From IMG/VR virus record IMGVR_UViG_3300028044_000003, positions 1 to 64,000 of that record: 64,000 nt of DNA; one strand, 5' to 3'. Positions 46,457-56,500 of the stretch are shown here, piece by piece (the stretch's first letter is position 1; every line of letters begins with the position of its first letter). The translations under genes were made by a program, and so were the position numbers. The notes under the pieces are model-generated. The model was not told the DNA's origin. It made no database searches and saw only the letters and a program-made list of their open reading frames with translations. Source of the stretch: a virus.

Positions 46457-47505
46457 AAGAAGAAAGTATAAATCTGTTTTATCGCGAAGGAAGTAGCGAT
46501 AAAGTTTACAACGCTTATTTAAAAGAAGATGGCTCTGGTTACAGAGTTACTTTTGCTTATGGTAGACGAGGTACCAGTCTAACTTCAGGTGCTAAAACAA
46601 CTCTTCCTGTAGCTTATGATAAAGCTAAAGCTATATACGATAAGTTGGTTTCTGAAAAAAAAGGTAAAGGTTATGTAGAAGATTCTTCTGGTAAACCTAT
46701 TATCCAACATGTAGATAAAACTGATTCGGGTCATAGACCACAGTTATTAAATCCGATCGATGAGTCTGAGTTAATAAAATATCTTGAAGACGATAATTTT
46801 ATAGCCCAGGAAAAATACGATGGTCGAAGAAAAATACTTGATGTAAATTTTGACGGTAGAGTCGATGCTATTAATCGCAAAGGATTAGTTGTTGGTATTT
46901 CTGATATAATTACACAAGCTTGTTCTAAAATTGGTACTGATGTTATTTTAGACGGTGAAGAAATTGGTGATATTGTACATATTTTTGACACATTGTCTTT
47001 ACCTAAAAAATATACTGATCGATATATATTTTTAAAGAATCTTGAAAATAGATTAGATAAAAATGTATTGAAGATTGTACCAACAGCTTTTACTACGGAT
47101 GAAAAGTATAAACTATACCAAAAACTTGTACAAGACAACGCTGAAGGTATTGTATTTAAAAAAGCATCCTCGATGTATTCTCCAGGTAGACCAAATTCTT
47201 ATGGCGATCAGTTAAAATTCAAGTTTTACAGTACAGCTTCGTGTGTAGTTATAGGTAAACACGATAGTAAAAGTTCTATAGAAGTAGGTGTATTTTCTAA
47301 CGGTATTACAGTACCTGTAGGTAATGTTACGGTATACCCTAATCAAACAATGCCAGAAATTGGTTCTGTAGTTGAAGTAAGATATCTATATTACTTTACT
47401 AAAGGTTCATTATTTCAACCAGTACTACTTGGAGTTCGCGATGATATCGATCAACACGAATGTATTCTTACTAAACTTAAAATAAAACAAATAATCGAAG
47501 ATTAA
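46453..47505 (+). CDS. lig: ATP-dependent DNA ligase with N-terminal WGR domain
   Basis: SDKVY..YGRRG WGR; QEKYDGRR, LDGE, EGIVFK, KFKF, C-terminal OB fold. Confidence 0.88.
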   Translation: MKEESINLFYREGSSDKVYNAYLKEDGSGYRVTFAYGRRGTSLTSGAKTTLPVAYDKAKAIYDKLVSEKKGKGYVEDSSGKPIIQHVDKTDSGHRPQLLNPIDESELIKYLEDDNFIAQEKYDGRRKILDVNFDGRVDAINRKGLVVGISDIITQACSKIGTDVILDGEEIGDIVHIFDTLSLPKKYTDRYIFLKNLENRLDKNVLKIVPTAFTTDEKYKLYQKLVQDNAEGIVFKKASSMYSPGRPNSYGDQLKFKFYSTASCVVIGKHDSKSSIEVGVFSNGITVPVGNVTVYPNQTMPEIGSVVEVRYLYYFTKGSLFQPVLLGVRDDIDQHECILTKLKIKQIIED

Positions 47506-47506
47506 T

Positions 47507-47764
47507 ATGACTAAGAAAAAAAATAAGGAAAATATATTTCCTTTAAGTACTAAAGTTTATTGTATACATAATAGTTTTTTTACTAGAGAGAGTACTAAAA
47601 ATACGACTATTAAAATAGGTCGTGTTTATAGTTATAAAAGATTTCATAACGACATCTTACCTGTAATTAAAGAGGTTGGTATTAAAAATGAGCTCGATGC
47701 TAAGTCTTATAAGATTACCAACGATTTTAAAGAAGCTTATAATTGGTTGAAAGATAGCTTCTAA
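47507..47764 (+). CDS. Hypothetical protein
   Basis: ORF. Confidence 0.55.
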   Translation: MTKKKNKENIFPLSTKVYCIHNSFFTRESTKNTTIKIGRVYSYKRFHNDILPVIKEVGIKNELDAKSYKITNDFKEAYNWLKDSF

Positions 47765-47792
47765 AAAAAAGACCTGGAAAATTGGTGAGTAT

Positions 47793-48032
47793 ATGGCCGG
47801 TGGAGTACTTACTGTAGAAATTAAAAACAATACTGTAACTATTATTCAAAAGGAATGGGATTATTCAAAAGGTTCTCGTAGAAGTTCTGATCAGAGTTCT
47901 GCTAAAGAATTAGATCGTAAATCTTTTGGAATTAATAATTACAACGCGAGAAACGATATGTATATGTATCTTTCCAGTATGACAACGTCTTATTATTCAG
48001 AAGAAGTTTTGGATTGGATTTTTAAAAAGTAA
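47793..48032 (+). CDS. Hypothetical protein
   Basis: ORF. Confidence 0.55.
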   Translation: MAGGVLTVEIKNNTVTIIQKEWDYSKGSRRSSDQSSAKELDRKSFGINNYNARNDMYMYLSSMTTSYYSEEVLDWIFKK

Positions 48033-48034
48033 CT

Positions 48035-48343
48035 ATGAAAAAATATGAATCTGTACCTGACAGTTCTAAAGAATTAAGAATTGAGGTAAAATATGATATT
48101 GGAGGTATGAATTACTTTACAGGTAGACCGCAGGAAAGAGGGTATTATTTACACGTATCTCCTGTTAATAGAAGTCATAGTAACGGAATCACTGTGGAAA
48201 GTTATGAAGGATTTTCAGGTGTTAAAAAACTTATTTTACCTGTTAAAAGACAAAGTAATACTCAGTATACTCAAGCCGTTAAACTTTCTGAAAATTCTCT
48301 TCAAGAACTTAAGGATCACGTTTTAAATACTATGAAAAAATGA
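48035..48343 (+). CDS. Conserved phage protein
   Basis: Y..GGMNYFTG....RGYYL.V.PV. Confidence 0.6.
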   Translation: MKKYESVPDSSKELRIEVKYDIGGMNYFTGRPQERGYYLHVSPVNRSHSNGITVESYEGFSGVKKLILPVKRQSNTQYTQAVKLSENSLQELKDHVLNTMKK

Positions 48344-49425
48344 TAAATCAATTAAAAGGGGGAATACAAGATGAAGCATTATTTATAATAGGTAATAAAT
48401 TTCGTTGCGGTATAGCTATATCTATGGGTGTTGGTAAAACTTATATTGCTTTACAACACATGGTCAGAAACTATACCGACTATTCTCGGTTTTTAGTTGT
48501 GGCTCCAAAAGTAGATATTTTTCAAACGTATCTTGAAGAGATGGATAAGTTTAATTTGTCTTTTCTAAAAGAGAATGTTGAATTTTCTACTTACCGTTCT
48601 TTACCAAATCAAGATCTTAATTATGATATAGTTTATCTAGACGAATGTCATTCTTTATTATCTAGTCATTCAAAATGGTTAAAATCTTATTCTGGTAAAA
48701 TTTTAGGTTTAACAGGTACACCTCCCAGGTTTAAAAAATCTGAGAAAGGTATTTTAGTAGATACTTATTGTCCTATAGTTTATGAATATATGGTAGACGA
48801 AGCTGTAAACGATCGTATTTTAAACGATTATCGTATTATAATTCATAGTCTATCGTTAGATTCTGATAGAAACATAAAAATGACAAATAAGTCTGGTAAA
48901 ACATGGTATACCAGTGAGGTAAATAGTTATAATTTTTGGACTAATTTAACAGGTACTGAATCTGGTAATAAGTTACTCAAAGCTCGTTTAATGCGTATGA
49001 AAGCGTTGATGGGGTTTAACTCAAAAATTATATACGCTAAACAATTATTTGAATCGTTTACAGATAAGTCAATAGTTTTTACTAATACAAAAGAGCAGGC
49101 AGATCTTCTTTGTAATAAAAGTTATTATTCAGGTCATCCGGAAGGAGACGAAAATTTAAAGAATTTTAAATCTGGTGTAATAACTAAACTTAGTTGCGTA
49201 GTAAAACTTAATGAAGGTATAAATATTCCTGGTTTAAAATCGGGGGTAATCCTTCATGCTTACGGTAACGAAAAAAAGGCCAGTCAAAGAATAGGTCGAT
49301 TATTAAGACTCAACCCAGATGACTGTTCTAACATACACGTTCTTTGTTACAAAAATACAATAGACGAAGAATGGGTAAAATCTGCTTTACAAGATTTTGA
49401 TCAAACAAAAATTACTTACAAATGA
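48340..49425 (+). CDS. SF2 DExH helicase
   Basis: MGVGKT, DECH, GLTGTP, LNEGINIP, QRIGRLLR. Confidence 0.9.
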   Translation: MINQLKGGIQDEALFIIGNKFRCGIAISMGVGKTYIALQHMVRNYTDYSRFLVVAPKVDIFQTYLEEMDKFNLSFLKENVEFSTYRSLPNQDLNYDIVYLDECHSLLSSHSKWLKSYSGKILGLTGTPPRFKKSEKGILVDTYCPIVYEYMVDEAVNDRILNDYRIIIHSLSLDSDRNIKMTNKSGKTWYTSEVNSYNFWTNLTGTESGNKLLKARLMRMKALMGFNSKIIYAKQLFESFTDKSIVFTNTKEQADLLCNKSYYSGHPEGDENLKNFKSGVITKLSCVVKLNEGINIPGLKSGVILHAYGNEKKASQRIGRLLRLNPDDCSNIHVLCYKNTIDEEWVKSALQDFDQTKITYK

Positions 49426-49742
49426 GCAAATCAAATTATGTTTTTGAAAAAGGGATTGTATATACCAAAGTTGGTAGAAGCAGTAACGAATCACTTAATG
49501 AATTTATTGATAATATTTTTAAATTAGAAGTTGTGGATGATCATTCACTATTTTTACCTGTTACGAATTTTAATGAAAAATTTGCTAGAAATTTAATAAG
49601 CAGTGCTCGTAGACGTTATTCTAGAAATGTAAAGAATACCGATTCAAAAAAAGAAAAATTACCCGAATTGGTTTTTGTTTACTCTAAAGTTTATGATAAT
49701 AAAAAGAAATATTTAGGTACAAGAATTTGGAGAAAAGTTTAA
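49422..49742 (+). CDS. Hypothetical basic protein
   Basis: Coupled ORF ending TRIWRKV. Confidence 0.55.
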   Translation: MSKSNYVFEKGIVYTKVGRSSNESLNEFIDNIFKLEVVDDHSLFLPVTNFNEKFARNLISSARRRYSRNVKNTDSKKEKLPELVFVYSKVYDNKKKYLGTRIWRKV

Positions 49743-49758
49743 ATTTGTAAAAAAATTT

Positions 49759-50043
49759 ATGGCAACTACGTCATTATCTATTAAAAAAAACGAGGTTAAA
49801 ACTAACCTTATGATTTCTACTATTCAAAGTGCTTCTGATGATTTACACATCGATATTATTTTATGCGATGAAGAGTTTTCTCCTAAAAAAGTAATACTAA
49901 CTTTAGCTAAAAACGCTGAAGAACAGGAGTATCATAAAACTCTTAGAGAAGAGTCTTTAGAAAAAGGTCACTTTGTTAAAGAATTTTCTACATTATTAGA
50001 TCATGAGCCGGAACCTTTAGAAAATGTCGAGGAAAATAATTAG
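49759..50043 (+). CDS. Hypothetical protein
   Basis: ORF. Confidence 0.5.
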   Translation: MATTSLSIKKNEVKTNLMISTIQSASDDLHIDIILCDEEFSPKKVILTLAKNAEEQEYHKTLREESLEKGHFVKEFSTLLDHEPEPLENVEENN

Positions 50044-50344
50044 ACTTATCGTTCCTTTCCAGGTGATATGTATCAATGATAAAGACAAACCTGAAACAAT
50101 ACCTAATAGTAAATGGGTTAAAGAAGGTGAGTTATATACTGTTGTACATGTTAGTAATTTAAAGTTTCATGACGGTCTTGCAGTAAAACTTAAAGAGAAA
50201 GATCTTTCTGATTGTGTTCCTTATACGTTCTTTGATTTATCTAGGTTTATGGTTTTAGTAGATGAAGACTTTGGAGATGATTCCGAAGAAGTAAATGACA
50301 TTATAATTGATGAAAACGATACTACTCCAATAGACGATTTGTAG
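50024..50344 (+). CDS. Hypothetical protein
   Basis: VICINDK...W..EGELYTV. Confidence 0.6.
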   Translation: MSRKIIRLIVPFQVICINDKDKPETIPNSKWVKEGELYTVVHVSNLKFHDGLAVKLKEKDLSDCVPYTFFDLSRFMVLVDEDFGDDSEEVNDIIIDENDTTPIDDL

Positions 50345-50580
50345 TGTTAAAGATACCTCTTGATAAAACCGCTGAGGGATGAGTTGAGGCTACACATGTG
50401 AGACCGATGAGACTCTCGAAAGTATAGCGATGCTGATACAACGGAACCGGAAACATTACATTATTAAAACGGTTAGCTACTATCCGGGGAAAACCTTCTT
50501 AAAGAAATTATTGGTAAAAGCGCCTCCCTAGTCGTGACCTGCAGCCGCGCAAAAGAGGAGGGTAGTAGTTAACTTATTAT

Positions 50581-50661
50581 AGTCAGGTGGCGGAATTGGG
50601 TCAAGCTATGGTACTTCTTAGCAATACTTAAGCATACAGGTTCGAATCCTGGACTGACTAC
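50581..50661 (+). tRNA. Degenerate tRNA-like gene, isotype undetermined
   Basis: AGTCAG../..CTGACT acceptor, TGGCGGAATTGG D region, CAGG TTCGAAT CCTG; no canonical anticodon arm. Confidence 0.55.
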
Positions 50662-50800
50662 GCACAAGGATCTGACTAGAGTCCTTTAGTTACTTTAAGC
50701 AGAATAGAAGTAACTCCTAAACCATACGGGTTGAACGCGTTAACCAAATAACAGGAGATGGTACAATACGGGCGTATAGCGTGCTGATACGACAGCGGAA

Positions 50801-50857
50801 GGTGTAACAAGGAGAGTTTGTCTTAGACATTCGTAGTTCGATTCTACTTACACCACA
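50801..50857 (+). ncRNA. Truncated tRNA-like RNA
   Basis: GGTGTAA/TTACACC acceptor, GTAG TTCGATT CTAC T arm, one small hairpin. Confidence 0.55.
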
Positions 50858-50871
50858 AAAAACAAATAACT

Positions 50872-51135
50872 ATGGGTAAATTTAAACCACAAGCTAGTTA
50901 TACTTCAGACGAAAGTATTAGAAATTATCGTAACGGTCAATCTAAAAGTTCTAGTGTTACTGAAGTATTTAAAGACTACGCGACTTTAAAAAAAGAACTT
51001 AATAGAATGGTAAGTTTAAGTGTAGACAACTGCGTATTCGTTTCGAGAAGTAGAAGAGGTGAATGGGGAGAATGGTTCGAAAGATGGCAAAGAGTAAATG
51101 ATAAAATTAAAATAACAAAAGAAACCTGGATGTAA
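50872..51135 (+). CDS. Hypothetical protein
   Basis: ORF, SRRGEWGEWFERW. Confidence 0.6.
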   Translation: MGKFKPQASYTSDESIRNYRNGQSKSSSVTEVFKDYATLKKELNRMVSLSVDNCVFVSRSRRGEWGEWFERWQRVNDKIKITKETWM

Positions 51136-51137
51136 GT

Positions 51138-51536
51138 ATGAGTAGCCAATTATTACAAACAAAACTTGTTAAAAAAAATGGTAAAATGGTTCATATTTCT
51201 GATGTAAAAAATGAGATTTATGAAAAATTTATTGATAAGTTAGAGGAAGGTCAAGAGATATCTGTAATGTTTGACGCTAGTCCGGACAACGGAACTTTAG
51301 CTCAATTATCAAAAATACATGCTTGTATAAGAGAATTATCAATAGAAACTGGTCAGTCGGTAGAAGATTTAAAACTTGAGATAAAGAAAAAAGTTGGATT
51401 ATGTTTTGTAAAAACAGTTGATAACGAAAGATTTATGTTTTGTAAATCTCTTGGTGATGCTTCTAAAGACGAACTTAATTTAGTAATTCAACAAATAATT
51501 GAAATAGGTGATTTTGTAAACTTAAACTTAAGATAA
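51138..51536 (+). CDS. NinB/Orf-like protein
   Basis: T.AQ..KIHACIRELS..TG....LK ... KSL...SKDEL...I. Confidence 0.55.
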   Translation: MSSQLLQTKLVKKNGKMVHISDVKNEIYEKFIDKLEEGQEISVMFDASPDNGTLAQLSKIHACIRELSIETGQSVEDLKLEIKKKVGLCFVKTVDNERFMFCKSLGDASKDELNLVIQQIIEIGDFVNLNLR

Positions 51537-51841
51537 TGGAAAATGTATCGACAAAACTTATTAACGGATTTATATCCGAACTTTCTGATTTAGATTTTAG
51601 ATATCTATGTGCTCAATCTCAAATAATAGCTAGTATCAAAGATTTACATTCTAATTATAAAATAGATAAGAAAGACTTTTGTGAGAATATAGGTATCAAA
51701 CCTTCCGAGTACAAAAAATTTATTAGTGGTAATTATATGTACAAGTTATCTCATTTAGTTGGTATTAAACACTACGGTATTAAACTCCATAGCTTACAAC
51801 AACAATCTAAAGATATAATTACTTTTGAGTATAAAAAGTAA
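51536..51841 (+). CDS. XRE-like HTH protein
   Basis: IDKKDFCENIGIKPSEYKKFISG. Confidence 0.55.
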   Translation: MENVSTKLINGFISELSDLDFRYLCAQSQIIASIKDLHSNYKIDKKDFCENIGIKPSEYKKFISGNYMYKLSHLVGIKHYGIKLHSLQQQSKDIITFEYKK

Positions 51842-52147
51842 CTATTCTTTTTGATCCTCGGGAATCATTCCTGGGTCAAATTCTTGTACAGTTATTTTAC
51901 CTTGTTCTTTCGCGCTAGTTTCTATAGCGTAGATTAAGGGTAACAAAGCGTGTATACAGGCTTCTGAAGCATCTCTTGGAGAAATATTTTCTTTTATTTT
52001 TTCAAGAGATTCTTTAAAATCATCAGGTGTTTTAGTCTCCGAAATCATTAATAATGCTTCGGTTAGTCTTTTATAAAATCCTCCTGAGATTTTTACTTCT
52101 ATAATAGCTTCAGGTAATATTGTATCGTATTTAATTTTCTCACTCAT
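51842..52147 (-). CDS. Hypothetical protein
   Basis: Counter-oriented ORF with TAACTTTA box. Confidence 0.6.
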   Translation of the reverse strand: MSEKIKYDTILPEAIIEVKISGGFYKRLTEALLMISETKTPDDFKESLEKIKENISPRDASEACIHALLPLIYAIETSAKEQGKITVQEFDPGMIPEDQKE

Positions 52148-52168
52148 ATTGTAAAGTTATAAAAACCT

Positions 52169-52879
52169 ATGAAAACAATTGATATTAACGATGTAAAAAG
52201 TAAACTTAACGAACGACTAAAATCTTCCGGTTGGAGTAATAAGTTAAAATCTTTTATTTTGAGTTCTGATTTTGATAGAATATTAGAATTTTTAGTAAAA
52301 GAAGTAAATGATAGTAAAAGATTTACTCCAAAATTAAAACAAGTATTTAGAGCCTTTGAAGAGTGTCCTTATGATGATGTTAAAGTTGTTTGTATAGGTC
52401 AAGACCCATACCCAACTCCGTCTGTAGCCGATGGTATAGCTTTTTCTTGTAGTAATACAATGAAAGAACAACCTTCTCTTACGTATATGTTTGACGAAAT
52501 CGAACGTACTGTATATCCTGGAGAAAGTTATACGCGGGACGTTGATCTATCGCGTTGGTCTCACCAAGGAATATTACTTATTAACTCTGCGTTTACAACC
52601 ACAATCAATAGGTCTGGAAGCCACTTTGATATTTGGAGACCGTTTATTACTTTTTTGCTTGATACTATCGGTAACGATCGCCGTGATATAGTTTATATGT
52701 TTCTTGGTAAACAGTCTGTTAGATATCATGAGTTAATTCCTGAAGATTCAATTAATTTTTACGCTCCTCATCCGGCATCCGCTGCTCATAATAATTTAAA
52801 AAACTGGGAGTCAAACGAGTTATTTATTAAGGTAAATGAGGCCCTTATCGGACTTAACAAATTACCTATTATTTGGTAA
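52169..52879 (+). CDS. ung: Uracil-DNA glycosylase family 1
   Basis: VKVVCIGQDPYP, GIAFS, QPSL, QGILLIN, HPAS. Confidence 0.92.
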   Translation: MKTIDINDVKSKLNERLKSSGWSNKLKSFILSSDFDRILEFLVKEVNDSKRFTPKLKQVFRAFEECPYDDVKVVCIGQDPYPTPSVADGIAFSCSNTMKEQPSLTYMFDEIERTVYPGESYTRDVDLSRWSHQGILLINSAFTTTINRSGSHFDIWRPFITFLLDTIGNDRRDIVYMFLGKQSVRYHELIPEDSINFYAPHPASAAHNNLKNWESNELFIKVNEALIGLNKLPIIW

Positions 52880-53276
52880 CAAATACTCCAACAGCTCCTC
52901 CTACTAAAATTAATAGTCCAGAGGCCCATAAAGAGTTTGACAATTTAGTTTTTATTTTTTGTTTTTTGAGAGCTTTTTGAAATTCTATCTCGTTTTCTTT
53001 AAACTTAGTAATAAGTTTTTGTTGCTCATCGGATAAAGATGTTTTAAAAATAATTATAGAATCTTGAGTCTCAATGAGTTTATTTTTATAAACATTTGAT
53101 TGCTCAGAAACTTGTAAAAGTTGACAACATTCTTTACCTTCGATTAGCTTAAAAGCTATCTGTCTCAGCTCTGATTTAGTATAAGTTTTACTTGAATCCA
53201 ATTCCGGATTCTGAGCGAATGATACTATCGAGAATAGCAACAGAACCATCAGCAATAATGATTTTAGTTTTTCCAT
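52869..53276 (-). CDS. Signal peptide + coiled coil + C-terminal TM protein (spanin-like)
   Basis: N-terminal signal, C-terminal TM; overlaps 53188..53502. Confidence 0.5.
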   Translation of the reverse strand: MEKLKSLLLMVLLLFSIVSFAQNPELDSSKTYTKSELRQIAFKLIEGKECCQLLQVSEQSNVYKNKLIETQDSIIIFKTSLSDEQQKLITKFKENEIEFQKALKKQKIKTKLSNSLWASGLLILVGGAVGVFVTK

Positions 53277-53502
53277 TTATGTATTTAATTTTTTCTGGTA
53301 AAGATTCTAAACTATCTATCTTATGACGATAAAACAGACTTTCTTCGAATTTTACAACATATAAAGAATCATATTTTTTGCGAAGCTTATCATATTTAGT
53401 AGTATCAGTGATGGACGGGGTTATATTGGTTTTTTTAAATAGTATAACTCCTATTAGAATTAATGTAATGATAATTAAAATGTAAATTATGTCTTTGTTC
53501 AT
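53188..53502 (-). CDS. Membrane-anchored protein (i-spanin-like)
   Basis: N-terminal TM, short periplasmic coil. Confidence 0.45.
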   Translation of the reverse strand: MNKDIIYILIIITLILIGVILFKKTNITPSITDTTKYDKLRKKYDSLYVVKFEESLFYRHKIDSLESLPEKIKYINGKTKIIIADGSVAILDSIIRSESGIGFK

Positions 53503-53520
53503 GTTGTAAATATAAAAAAA

Positions 53521-54123
53521 ATGTCTGTTAATGTAGATGTAAGGGAATTTTTTGATCAAATTACCTCCCAGGGAATAACGCCTAACGAATTTTATCTTTT
53601 ATGTAGTATGAGGGAATCGATAGCTCCGGTTCTTATAAACACTGCTAATGAATTAAACACTCTTAAAGGTAAGAGATGGGTTGGCGATGACAATAAACTT
53701 TCAGATGACGCTGTAAGGTTTATTGAAAAAATGGATAAATATTTTAGAATAAGTAAAAAAAAGACGTCAGCTACATTGTTGGGTAATAATTTTGAAAATA
53801 ATATTGTAAAGTACTTATCGCTGTTTCCTAAAATAAAACTTCCGAACGGTAAGTACGCACGATCTGATAGAAAACAGATAGAAAACGCGTTTAGATGGTT
53901 TTTCGAAACTTATGATTATTCCTGGGATATTATATTAGAAGCTACTGTGGTATATGTAAACGAATACCAAAGAAAAAACTGGCTTTATATGAGAACATCT
54001 CAGTTTTTTATAAGAAAACAAGAATCTGATAAAACGTTTATGTCTGATCTTGCTGTTTATTGTGAAAACTATATGAACGGTACTGATGATAACGAATCGT
54101 TTATTAAAGAGCGTATTGTATGA
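53521..54123 (+). CDS. Putative replication initiator / helicase loader
   Basis: Directly upstream of DnaB; wHTH-like N-terminus, YLSLFP ... YMRTSQFFI. Confidence 0.5.
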   Translation: MSVNVDVREFFDQITSQGITPNEFYLLCSMRESIAPVLINTANELNTLKGKRWVGDDNKLSDDAVRFIEKMDKYFRISKKKTSATLLGNNFENNIVKYLSLFPKIKLPNGKYARSDRKQIENAFRWFFETYDYSWDIILEATVVYVNEYQRKNWLYMRTSQFFIRKQESDKTFMSDLAVYCENYMNGTDDNESFIKERIV

Positions 54124-55082
54124 TATTAAGAGTAAAAAGATGGAAATCTAAAGAAAACGCTTATCAAGAATCTTTAGAATATCTCAGAAGTCGGGCTTTA
54201 GGTAAAACTACAAGTTTTATTACACCTTGGTCTAAGTTTAATGATGCAGGTGTAGACGGTATAGAATGGAACTCTATGGTAGTTATAGGAGGAAGACCGG
54301 GTAGTGGTAAGACTTTATTAAAAGATCAAATCATTAGAGAGTCATTTAACTTAAATCCTAATCAAGATTTTAGAGTCTTAGAATTTCAGTTTGAAATGAT
54401 CGGACGTGTATCAGCTATTAGAGAGTTTTCCGCTTCGTTAGGAAAAACCTATAAAGAGTTGTGTAGCGCCGGTGGTTATAAACTAAATCCTAATGATTTT
54501 GAATTGTGTAAACAATACCGAGATTCTAGATTAAATCTTCCGATCGATATTGTAGATACACCTTGTACAGTACAAGAATTTTCAGAAACTATTTCAAATT
54601 ATTACGAAGAACACAAAACAAAATTTGTAGTTACTTTAGATCACTCAATTCTTTTAAACAAGTCTCATAATCATAAAGATAAATATGAAATGTTATATCA
54701 ACTTGGTGAAGAGCTAACAAGACTTAAAAGAAAACTACCGGTTATATTTATAATTCTTAGTCAGCTAAATAGAAATGTTGATAGCCCTGAAAGAGCTGAA
54801 AATGGTAAGTATGGTAATTTTATTTTGGATTCTGATATATTCGGTGGTGATGCTTTGTTACAACACGCTGATATGTTAATCGGTATTAACCGACCGGCCC
54901 AAAGAAAAATTGAATACTACGGTCCAGAAAGATTTATAATTAAAGACGATACTATTCTTGTAGCCCATTTTCTTAAATGTCGTAACGGAGATACTAGAAT
55001 GAGTTTTTTTAAAGCTGTATTTGAGAATATGAGAATCGAAGAGATGACTACCCCGCCTACACAATCAAAAATTAAATTATGA
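54120..55082 (+). CDS. dnaB: Replicative DnaB-like helicase
   Basis: GGRPGSGKT, FQFEM, LDH, LSQLNR, SD.FG, KCRNG. Confidence 0.9.
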   Translation: MILRVKRWKSKENAYQESLEYLRSRALGKTTSFITPWSKFNDAGVDGIEWNSMVVIGGRPGSGKTLLKDQIIRESFNLNPNQDFRVLEFQFEMIGRVSAIREFSASLGKTYKELCSAGGYKLNPNDFELCKQYRDSRLNLPIDIVDTPCTVQEFSETISNYYEEHKTKFVVTLDHSILLNKSHNHKDKYEMLYQLGEELTRLKRKLPVIFIILSQLNRNVDSPERAENGKYGNFILDSDIFGGDALLQHADMLIGINRPAQRKIEYYGPERFIIKDDTILVAHFLKCRNGDTRMSFFKAVFENMRIEEMTTPPTQSKIKL

Positions 55083-55708
55083 ATTATCCAAAACCCATAA
55101 GCCCGCAAGAAAAAAGGGAAAACGCGGCTGAGATGAGAAAACATCATGAAAAAACATTTGAAAAACTCGGTCTTCCAAACGCTTATTTTTTACCCAAACT
55201 AGCTTTTGTAAAAAAAACTGGTGATGTGTCTAAAGTTATTTCATTTTTTATAAGCGAACTTAGAAGAGCTGAAGATATTTATATCGAATTTGCTTCTAGT
55301 AATAACACTGTAGAAGATCCTGAAAGAAGGTTATGGAAATGGAGGTATAATCCTCATTTTCAAACCGAATATGAAGCTAGACCTTTAGAGCAAACTACTG
55401 GTTTTTATTATCTTATACCTATTACAGAACTTATTGAAATACAAGTTCCTAAAGATGAACCAGTTATAAAACAACTAGAAGTTAAAGAAAAAATTAGTAC
55501 AAAAGATTTTGAAATAGGTTCTGAAAAAAAAGAAAGTATACCTGATCAAAATACAATTAAATCACCTAAATTTACACACGAGGAAACTTGTCGAATTGTA
55601 GATCTGGATGCTCGTGATTTTGCTTGCTTATATTTGAAAGTTCCGGAAAGTTCTTACGAATGGCTTAACGATCTTATTACCAAGCATAGAAAAGAAAATT
55701 TACTTTAA
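55079..55708 (+). CDS. Hypothetical replication-region protein
   Basis: Coupled ORF. Confidence 0.6.
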   Translation: MNYPKPISPQEKRENAAEMRKHHEKTFEKLGLPNAYFLPKLAFVKKTGDVSKVISFFISELRRAEDIYIEFASSNNTVEDPERRLWKWRYNPHFQTEYEARPLEQTTGFYYLIPITELIEIQVPKDEPVIKQLEVKEKISTKDFEIGSEKKESIPDQNTIKSPKFTHEETCRIVDLDARDFACLYLKVPESSYEWLNDLITKHRKENLL

Positions 55709-56481
55709 TGAACGAAATTGTATTACCAACAACTAAGATACCGGCTTCTATAAAGAGTCCTCGTAATCTTATTATTCTTTCTAAGCCTAAAACAGGTAAA
55801 ACAACTCTCTTAGCAGAATTAGATAATTGTTTAATTCTTGATCTTGAAAAAGGTACAGACGGTATTGACGCTATGAAAATTCATGCGTCAAGTATTGAAG
55901 AAATTAAACAAATAGGTGAAGCTATTAAGAAAGCTAATAATCCTTATATGTATATCGCAGTCGATACTGTAACGGCTTTGGAAGAAATGTGTATACCTTA
56001 TGCTGAAAAGCTTTACGCTAAGACAAGTATGGGTAAAAACTGGTTTAAGAAAAAACCGGATGGAACCCTGGCTGAAGATAGTGGTAAAGCTACTTATAGT
56101 AGTATACTTAATTTACCCAATGGCGGTGGTTATTTTTATCTTAGAGAAGCTTTTACTAAGGTTGTAGAATTTATCAAAACATGGGCCCCAAGAACTATTC
56201 TTGTAGGACACGTTAAAGATACTTTGCTAGACAAAGCTGGTGTAGAAGTAAGTTCTCTTGATTTAGATTTAACTGGTAAATTAAAAAGAATAAGTACCTC
56301 ACAGTCGGACGCGATAGGTTATCTCTATCGTAAAAACGGAGTTAATAAAATAACTTTTAAAACTACTGATGAAATTGCATGTGGGGCTCGCCCTCCTCAT
56401 TTAAGAAACGAAGAATTTGTTATCTCTGAATTAAAGGATGACAAACTAGTTACTTATTGGGACAAAATTTATATTGATTAA
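55708..56481 (+). CDS. AAA_24 / Sak4-like ATPase
   Basis: SKPKTGKTT, LDLEKG, AVDTVT, LVGHVK. Confidence 0.8.
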   Translation: MNEIVLPTTKIPASIKSPRNLIILSKPKTGKTTLLAELDNCLILDLEKGTDGIDAMKIHASSIEEIKQIGEAIKKANNPYMYIAVDTVTALEEMCIPYAEKLYAKTSMGKNWFKKKPDGTLAEDSGKATYSSILNLPNGGGYFYLREAFTKVVEFIKTWAPRTILVGHVKDTLLDKAGVEVSSLDLDLTGKLKRISTSQSDAIGYLYRKNGVNKITFKTTDEIACGARPPHLRNEEFVISELKDDKLVTYWDKIYID

Positions 56482-56500
56482 TTAATAAAAACTATACAAA

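Noticed and set aside
50395-50430. Hammerhead ribozyme (CCGATGA...GAAA)
   Set aside because: Core deviates from CTGATGA and I could not build stems I and III
50811-50832. Ochre suppressor (TTA loop) explaining the TAA stops at 39705 and 40542
   Set aside because: Loop is 3 nt in a 4-bp hairpin, with no U33 and no D arm; unlikely to decode
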